64,000 nucleotides of DNA from a virus. Lineage: Duplodnaviria; Heunggongvirae; Uroviricota; Caudoviricetes. The stretch is from the IMG/VR virus record IMGVR_UViG_2693429713_000009, one strand, 5' to 3'. Both the position numbers and the translations under genes were made by a program. A model generated the notes under the pieces. That model had not been told where the DNA came from, made no database searches, and saw nothing but the letters and a program-made list of their open reading frames with translations. Below are positions 57,824 through 64,000 of this stretch, piece after piece (position 1 is the stretch's first letter; each line of letters opens with the position of its first letter).

Positions 57824-58270
57824 ATGGCTGAAAATTTAAAGGCAAGAGATGGTAACCGCCTGTATAAGGCGCAATTGCTTTCCTACTATTATTCACGCCG
57901 CGCTGAGTCGGCGATCGGTAAAGGTGCGCGTTTTGTTATCTCTAAGGCGTATTGGTGCAAATCTAGTCTGGTAACTGCTAATGGTGCAGGAGGCTGGAAT
58001 ATAGCGGACATTCCACTCGATTTTAAATTGAGTAACGCTCAACAGTTTGCTGTGTCCGATCTGATATTGTCCAGTGTGGATGGGATTATCACTATCAATG
58101 CAGCCTTCCCTCAAGAAAGAATGCCGGATAACACGCCTTACGACTTTAACACGCTTGTGCTTGTTGATGCTGAGGAACAGGCTTTTGGTGTGCTTTGCAC
58201 CCAGCAAGATACCCTCTATAAAGGTAAACGTTACAGTATTCTCATGACAATCGAGCAAGTTGAGGGTTGA
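57824..58270 (+). CDS. tail-fibre-associated protein (R-like, by position)
   Basis: 148 aa; ATGA overlap with the tail-fibre gene. Confidence 0.4.
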   Translation: MAENLKARDGNRLYKAQLLSYYYSRRAESAIGKGARFVISKAYWCKSSLVTANGAGGWNIADIPLDFKLSNAQQFAVSDLILSSVDGIITINAAFPQERMPDNTPYDFNTLVLVDAEEQAFGVLCTQQDTLYKGKRYSILMTIEQVEG

Positions 58271-61269
58271 TTATGGGGGCTGATAAAACGAACAACATAA
58301 TGACACTATCCTCTGGTGTCTCACAGCCGTTGCTTGCTGATGTTCAATATTTCGAACTCTATAGTAGTTCGGCTCTTAACAGAAAACTTAAAAATATTGT
58401 TTTGCCTGGCTTTTACTGTGGATTTGAACCAGTTCCCGGCACAGGGTTGAGTGTTCGTATAACTTCTGAAAACTCAGAAGGTAAAGGGGCTGCTTCAGTA
58501 GATGTAAATAATGTTCAGATATCCGTTCAGCAAATAGAAGATGTGACTGTCTCGGTAAAGGCTGGGGCTACCAACATTATTGTGCTGGAAGCCAATTTTG
58601 AACATGGTGTAAAAACGACACAGGTAGATAGCGCATCTTCTGTCAGTGCTGCAAGAATTTACGTGCGTACGGACAATACTATTGGGCAGAATCAAATTGA
58701 ATTATGTCGAGTTATCGTGCCTAACGGCGCAACGGCTGTGACTAAAGAAATGATTGTGCTTAAATACCGGGTTAACCGTGCTGTTGGTGTCGAATTTTCT
58801 AATGAAATAAGCAGTACAGAAGAAAGAAAAGCGGCTACACCTCTGGCTGTCAAAACTCTCCATGATTTGGTTGATACAAAAGCTCCGCTCGATAGTCCGC
58901 ATCTGTCAGGTACGCCGACTTCGCCTACACCTGAACCCGGTACAAACAACACACAGATCGCAAATGCGGCCTTTGTCTATGCTGCTATAAATGCGCTTAT
59001 CAATGGTGCTCCGGGAACGATGGACACGCTGAAAGAAATAGCGGCTGCGATCAATAACGACCCGAATTTCAGCACAACTATCAACAATGCCCTGGCTCTT
59101 AAAGCTCCTTTGGCAAGCCCGGCATTCACAGGTACGCCGACAGCACCTACGGCCTCACAAGGCACAAATAGCACGCAGATTGCAAATACAGCCTTTGTTA
59201 AGGCAGCTATAACGGCACTTATCAACGGTGCACCTGGCACATTGGATACGCTGAAAGAAATAGCGGCTGCGATCAATAATGACCCGAATTTCAGCACAAC
59301 TATCAACAATGCCTTGGCTCTCAAAGCGCCTTTGGCAAGCCCTGCATTAACGGGTGTCCCTACTGCGCCGACCGCCGCACAGGGCACAAATAATACGCAG
59401 ATAGCTACGACCGCTTATGTAAGAGCTGCCATATCCGCATTGGTTGGTTCATCACCAGAAGCTCTTGATACCCTGAATGAGCTTGCCGCAGCACTTGGCA
59501 ATGACCCGAACTTTGCGACAACAATGACAAATGCGCTGGCAGGCAAACAGCCTCTGGATGCAACTTTAACCGCGTTTGCTGCCCTTGCGACTGGTGCAAA
59601 CAAACTGCCTTATTTCACCGGTAAGGATACGGTAGCGCAGACTGATTTAACGTCAGTCGGTCGCGATATTCTGGCTAAAACAAGCACACTGGCCGTTATC
59701 CAATACCTTGGTTTAAGAGAACTCGGAACAAGCGGTGAAAAGATCCCCCTGTTGAGCACGGCTAACACATGGAGTGCACGCCAGACTTTCAACGGCGGGA
59801 TCACCGGGGCGCTGACAGGGAATGCCGACACCGCGACGAAATTGAAAACAGCCATAAACATTAATGGCGTCAGGTTCGATGGTTCTACGAACATTTCGAT
59901 ACCAACAATTACGTCTAGAGGACGCGTTACTGCGCTTACCGGTACAACGCAAGGTGCTGCTACTGGATTGCAGATGTATGAGGCATACAACAATGGTTAT
60001 CCAACGACTTACGGGAATGTACTTCACCTAAAGGGAGCAGCATCCACTGGTGAAGGTGAGTTGCTCATTGGCTGGAGTGGCACAAATGGCGCTCATGCAC
60101 CTGCTTTCATTCGATCCAAAAGAGATAGCACTGCTGCGGCATGGTCCGAATGGGCACAGATCTATACGTCAAAAGATTCAGTTCCCGGCGTCAATGCTAA
60201 AGGGAATCAGGACACCTCTGGTAATGCGGCTACAGCGACCAAATTGCAGATAGCACGTACCATTAACGGTGTCTCGTTTGATGGTTCTAAAAATATTGAG
60301 TTAACGGCGGAAGATTTAAATCTTGAGCAAACTGTAGAATTAGCCGCAGGGGCATTACAGAAAAACCAGAACGGCGCAGATATTCCAGGAAAAGATACTT
60401 TCACAAAAAATATTGGTGCATGTCGCGCTTTTCACGGTGCTATTAGTACAGGTGCAGGGAACTGGACAACAGCACAATTGATTGAATGGCTGGATTCTCA
60501 AGGGGCATTCAATCACCCATACTGGATGTGCAAATGTTCATGGTCATACGGCAATAATAAAATTATTACCGATACTGGCTGTGGAACTATTCATCTTGCA
60601 GGTTGCGTTATTGAGGTTATGGGTAATAAAGGTGCCATGACCATCCGTGTAACAACACCAAGCACTTCCACCGGAGGCGGCACCACTAACGCTCAATTCA
60701 CTTATATTAATCATGGTGATGCTTATGCTCCTGGCTGGCGAAGAGACTACAACACGAAAAACCAGCAGCCTGCATTTGCTTTAGGGCAAACAGGAAGCAG
60801 GGTTGCAAATGATAAAGCTGTTGGCTGGAACTGGAATAGCGGCGTTTATGATGCAGATATCAGTGGCGCATCGACATTAATCCTCCACTTTAATATGAAT
60901 GCGGGGAGTTGCCCTGCTGTACAGTTCCGCGTGAATTATAAAAACGGCGGTATCTTTTATCGTTCAGCGCGTGATGGTTATGGCTTTGAAGCTAACTGGT
61001 CAGAGTTTTACACCACAACCCGCAAACCCTCTGCGGGGGATGTTGGTGCATATACGCAGGCAGAATGTAACTCAAGGTTTATTACAGGTATTCGCCTGGG
61101 CGGTCTGTCATCTGTTCAGACATGGAATGGTCCCGGCTGGTCTGACAGGTCAGGTTATGTCGTTACAGGTTCAGTTAACGGAAACCGTGATGAATTAATT
61201 GATACAACACAGGCAAGGCCAATTCAGTATTGCATTAATGGAACGTGGTATAACGCGGGGAGTATTTAA
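58267..61269 (+). CDS. tail fibre protein S (constant N-terminal part plus variable C-terminal part Sv)
   Basis: 1000 aa; three 74-aa tandem repeats; gix-like site in frame at 59696-59721; segment after it is homologous to inverted Sv' at window end. Confidence 0.75.
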   Translation: MIMGADKTNNIMTLSSGVSQPLLADVQYFELYSSSALNRKLKNIVLPGFYCGFEPVPGTGLSVRITSENSEGKGAASVDVNNVQISVQQIEDVTVSVKAGATNIIVLEANFEHGVKTTQVDSASSVSAARIYVRTDNTIGQNQIELCRVIVPNGATAVTKEMIVLKYRVNRAVGVEFSNEISSTEERKAATPLAVKTLHDLVDTKAPLDSPHLSGTPTSPTPEPGTNNTQIANAAFVYAAINALINGAPGTMDTLKEIAAAINNDPNFSTTINNALALKAPLASPAFTGTPTAPTASQGTNSTQIANTAFVKAAITALINGAPGTLDTLKEIAAAINNDPNFSTTINNALALKAPLASPALTGVPTAPTAAQGTNNTQIATTAYVRAAISALVGSSPEALDTLNELAAALGNDPNFATTMTNALAGKQPLDATLTAFAALATGANKLPYFTGKDTVAQTDLTSVGRDILAKTSTLAVIQYLGLRELGTSGEKIPLLSTANTWSARQTFNGGITGALTGNADTATKLKTAININGVRFDGSTNISIPTITSRGRVTALTGTTQGAATGLQMYEAYNNGYPTTYGNVLHLKGAASTGEGELLIGWSGTNGAHAPAFIRSKRDSTAAAWSEWAQIYTSKDSVPGVNAKGNQDTSGNAATATKLQIARTINGVSFDGSKNIELTAEDLNLEQTVELAAGALQKNQNGADIPGKDTFTKNIGACRAFHGAISTGAGNWTTAQLIEWLDSQGAFNHPYWMCKCSWSYGNNKIITDTGCGTIHLAGCVIEVMGNKGAMTIRVTTPSTSTGGGTTNAQFTYINHGDAYAPGWRRDYNTKNQQPAFALGQTGSRVANDKAVGWNWNSGVYDADISGASTLILHFNMNAGSCPAVQFRVNYKNGGIFYRSARDGYGFEANWSEFYTTTRKPSAGDVGAYTQAECNSRFITGIRLGGLSSVQTWNGPGWSDRSGYVVTGSVNGNRDELIDTTQARPIQYCINGTWYNAGSI
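58879..59544 (+). repeat. three tandem 222-bp (74-aa) repeats inside the tail-fibre gene
   Basis: Repeated coding blocks …[15 protein letters not shown]…[49 protein letters not shown]…. Confidence 0.7.
59696..59721. other. gix/cix-like DNA-invertase crossover site
   Basis: TTATCCAATACCTTGGTTTAAGAGAA: 26 bp with imperfect dyad (TTATCCAATACC / GGTTTAAGAGAA) closely resembling Gin/Cin/Hin sites as recalled. Confidence 0.55.
59931..60405. repeat. left arm of inverted repeat; right arm is 63525-64000 on the opposite strand
   Basis: 59931-59980 is identical to the reverse complement of 63951-64000; encoded proteins stay alignable for about 150 aa. Confidence 0.7.
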
Positions 61270-61271
61270 TC

Positions 61272-61805
61272 ATGATGCACTTAAAAAACATTACTGCTGG
61301 CAATCCTAAAACGAAAGAACAATACCAGCTAACAAAGCAATTTAACATCAAATGGCTTTATTCAGATGATGGAAAAAACTGGTATGAGGAACAAAAGAAC
61401 TTTCAGCCTGATACGTTGAAAATGGTCTATGACCGTAACGGCGTTATTATTTGTATTGAAAAGGATGTTTCAGCAATTAATCCAGAAGGCGCAAGCGTCG
61501 TTGAGGTTCCTGATATTACAGCAAATCGCCGGGCTGATATTTCGGGTAAATGGATGTTCAAAGATGGCGTAGTGGTAAAGCGAACTTATACCGAGGAAGA
61601 GCAGAGGCAGCAGGCGGAAAATGAAAAGCAAAGCCTGCTACAGCTCGTCAGGGATAAAACCCAGCTATGGGACTCACAGCTACGGCTGGGCATCATTTCC
61701 GACGAGAATAAACAAAAATTAACCGAGTGGATGCTCTATGCTCAGAAAGTCGAATCTACAGACACTTCCAGCCTGCCAGTAACGTTTCCCGAACAACCAG
61801 AATGA
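61272..61805 (+). CDS. tail fibre assembly protein (U/Tfa-like)
   Basis: 177 aa; paralogous to inverted gene 61833-62360. Confidence 0.7.
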   Translation: MMHLKNITAGNPKTKEQYQLTKQFNIKWLYSDDGKNWYEEQKNFQPDTLKMVYDRNGVIICIEKDVSAINPEGASVVEVPDITANRRADISGKWMFKDGVVVKRTYTEEEQRQQAENEKQSLLQLVRDKTQLWDSQLRLGIISDENKQKLTEWMLYAQKVESTDTSSLPVTFPEQPE

Positions 61806-61806
61806 G

Positions 61807-61834
61807 GCAAGGCCCGCTATCGGGCCTTAATTTT
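61807..61834. terminator. hairpin between convergent U and U' genes
   Basis: AAGGCCCG-ctat-CGGGCCTT followed by AATTTT. Confidence 0.5.
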
Positions 61835-62360
61835 ACTCTGGTTTTTGTGGCCATTCTGGCTTTGCCGTATCCACACGGCTGACCAGAACACTGTAGCGTT
61901 CCCATGCTTCCAGTCGTGTGCGCTCCTCGTCTGTTGCCATATTCAGCCTGACAGCGCGTTCCAGCGGCTGGATGACTGATTCAGCTTCGGAAAGCAATGC
62001 GGCCTTTTGTAATTCGGCCTGTTGTTGCTGTTCGTCTGCCGTATAAATCCGTTTAACTACAGCTCCATCCTTAAACATCCACTTACCGGAATCATCAGCG
62101 CGGCGGTTGGCTGTAATATCGGGAACCTCAACGACGCTAAAACCTTCAGGGTTAAGCGTGGAGGCATCTTTAGTGATGGCGACAATAATATTATTTGCAT
62201 CGTAAACAATCTTTATTGTGTCTGGCTGAAAGTTTTTCACTTCCTCATACCAGTTTTTTTCGTCCTCAGAGTAAAGCCAGATGACTCCGTGCTTCTTTGT
62301 TAACTCATACTGTTCCAGTGTTTTAGCGTTACCCGCTTTTATGTTCTTTAAGTGCATCAT
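61833..62360 (-). CDS. alternative tail fibre assembly protein (U'-like)
   Basis: 175 aa; same MMHLKNI…[10 protein letters not shown]…GKWMFKDG blocks as U. Confidence 0.7.
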   Translation of the reverse strand: MMHLKNIKAGNAKTLEQYELTKKHGVIWLYSEDEKNWYEEVKNFQPDTIKIVYDANNIIVAITKDASTLNPEGFSVVEVPDITANRRADDSGKWMFKDGAVVKRIYTADEQQQQAELQKAALLSEAESVIQPLERAVRLNMATDEERTRLEAWERYSVLVSRVDTAKPEWPQKPE

Positions 62361-62361
62361 A

Positions 62362-64000
62362 TTAAACGCTCGCTACATTATACCAGGTGCCATTTATATA
62401 CTTTTGAACGGGTCTGTAATAAACGCCCGCTATATTATCGGCAGAATTGGACCCTGTATCCTGAACATTAATACCAGACAATACATGACCTGACGGGCAC
62501 TGGAAATTCCATGTTTGCCAGTTGTTCACTCCATAATATTGCTGTGAACCAAGTCGAATATCTTTCACATATCGGGAATCAATGTTACCCCAGTTGCTTG
62601 GTTGTATCTGACCGTTTACAGCAAATGTCACCGAGTTATCTGTATTTCGCTGACTATAGAAATGCCAGCCTGAATCATCACCAAGCTCTGCAACAGTTGG
62701 TCTTGACGAATTTCCCCACAAGTTAAATGATGCATTACGGGCAGCTGTATTTGAGCTTGAAAGTGTGAATAACTTACTTTCCCCAGTCTGAATACCCTTT
62801 AATGATATTGCTGAACCATTTCTAAAGCGGAATACATGCACACCATTAGCATAAGCATCCAGCACCCCATCACCATTTTGTTTAAACCCGGTATCGTTAT
62901 CTCCTAAAACTATTGAATTGCCACCCAGGGCATTAGCCGTTCCAATCCCCAGATTTCCGCTAAAAATGGCATTAATACCGAATATTGAGTGAGAACAATA
63001 AAACCCTCGCCCATTGTTAAAATCAAGAATAGCTTGTGCGTTCGTGCTTTCTGTCGCGGGATTAGTTGCTCCCCACTTATATGTTGTTTGACCGACGGTA
63101 TAATCCTGAGTTGGAACAATAACCGTTAGCCCTTCTTCAGCAGAAACCCGCACAGGAAAAGCCCTGCCTTCAACGTAAAAAACGCTGCATACATCATCTT
63201 CTTTAAGGCTTGTTACAATGGAATGGATTGCGCGCTCATTAGTCTGATACGTCGAAAAATAACCTGCCGCATATGAACCACGATCAGTCCAGCCACCAGG
63301 CATTACCATTCCATTGAATTCGCAGTTATTCATTTCGTAATTACCACCGGCAGATGTGGTCGTTATAATCACTCTGGAAGCCAGCTCGCCAGTGCTGCCT
63401 GTGGAACGCCGGAAAATAACTGGATACCACTTTCCACCAACTGCATTAGACGGCGCATTAAATGCGTACTGCCGCATTCCTTTTTTCTTATCCACTTCGC
63501 CTTTGCTGTAAACATTAATGTTACTCAGGAAGCGATCTTTATCAGGAATATCCGCGCCGTTCTGGTTTTTTTGCAATGATCCAGCGGCTAATTCTACGGT
63601 TTGCTCAAGATTTAAATCTTCCGCCGTTAGCTCAATGTTTTTAGAACCATCAAACGAGACACCGTTAATAGTGCGCGCCGTCTGCAATCTGGTCGCCGTA
63701 GCAGCATTGCCGGAGGTATCCTGATCCCCTTTGGCATTGACGCCGGGAATTGAATCTTTTGACGTATAGACCTGCGCCCATTCAGACCAGTTGGCAGAAT
63801 CAGTATCCCGCCGCGAACGGATATGTACGGGCGCATGGGCACCGCTCGTGCCACTCCAGCCAATGAATAACTCACCTTCGCCAGCAGCGGTGGCACCTTT
63901 AAGGTGAAGCACATTGCCATAGGGGGAAGGGTAGCCATTGTTGTATGCCTCATACATCTGCAATCCAGTAGCAGCACCTTGCGTTGTACCGGTAAGCGCA
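62362..64000 (-). CDS. alternative tail-fibre variable C-terminal segment (Sv'-like); 5' end beyond window
   Basis: Frame open to window edge; N-terminal 150 aa homologous to the post-gix part of S; distinct C-terminal receptor-binding part. Confidence 0.65.
   Translation of the reverse strand, partial: ALTGTTQGAATGLQMYEAYNNGYPSPYGNVLHLKGATAAGEGELFIGWSGTSGAHAPVHIRSRRDTDSANWSEWAQVYTSKDSIPGVNAKGDQDTSGNAATATRLQTARTINGVSFDGSKNIELTAEDLNLEQTVELAAGSLQKNQNGADIPDKDRFLSNINVYSKGEVDKKKGMRQYAFNAPSNAVGGKWYPVIFRRSTGSTGELASRVIITTTSAGGNYEMNNCEFNGMVMPGGWTDRGSYAAGYFSTYQTNERAIHSIVTSLKEDDVCSVFYVEGRAFPVRVSAEEGLTVIVPTQDYTVGQTTYKWGATNPATESTNAQAILDFNNGRGFYCSHSIFGINAIFSGNLGIGTANALGGNSIVLGDNDTGFKQNGDGVLDAYANGVHVFRFRNGSAISLKGIQTGESKLFTLSSSNTAARNASFNLWGNSSRPTVAELGDDSGWHFYSQRNTDNSVTFAVNGQIQPSNWGNIDSRYVKDIRLGSQQYYGVNNWQTWNFQCPSGHVLSGINVQDTGSNSADNIAGVYYRPVQKYINGTWYNVASV

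Larger units (their letters stand above)
1..64000. mobile_element. P1-like temperate phage-plasmid segment; whole window lies inside the element
   Basis: Co-occurrence of Cre-like recombinase with lox-like palindrome, phd-doc, UmuD'-like humD with LexA box, Ref-like HNH protein, RdgC-like plus Dam-like MTase, iteron-flanked repA, partition loci, contractile-tail genes and a gix-like site inside the tail-fibre gene. Confidence 0.7.

Noticed and set aside
58977-59993. Several minus-strand ORFs (127-136 aa) within the tail-fibre gene
   Set aside because: Arise from the reverse complement of the Ala/Thr-rich tandem repeats; the forward frame is continuous and coherent.
1-64000. Lambda-type integrase/att site, IS elements or transposases
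   Set aside because: None recognised; the only site-specific recombinase seen is the Cre-like protein, consistent with a plasmid-form prophage rather than an integrated one.

Overview
The window appears to lie entirely inside a P1-like temperate phage-plasmid of an enterobacterium; no host chromosomal backbone is evident. All calls are from reading the sequence and recalled family signatures; no searches were run. Left to right: packaging genes (end of a small-terminase-like gene and a large terminase), a convergent candidate C1-type repressor, a lox-like palindrome and Cre-like recombinase, dUTPase, a second terminase-like pair with a degenerate Walker A, the phd-doc addiction module and humD behind a LexA box, a long minus-strand accessory operon (lambda-type phosphatase, four Ea22-like paralogs, many small ORFs), a Ref-like HNH protein, an AT-rich cargo patch (SWIM zinc-finger protein, membrane coiled-coil protein, higBA), baseplate genes, RdgC-like and methyltransferase genes, a complete host-type glnS, two plasmid partition systems (parA/RHH and parMR), spanins, head and tail genes, an iteron-flanked repA replicon, tape measure and baseplate genes, and a tail-fibre gene with a gix/cix-like crossover site followed by inverted U' and Sv' genes running off the window end. 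A 17-bp motif recurs at least seven times in intergenic regions and looks like a dispersed repressor operator set. The most unusual items are the glnS cargo, the degenerate terminase paralog pair, the operator regulon and the AT-rich cargo patch. Head/sheath/baseplate assignments and DUF names are from memory and are low confidence.
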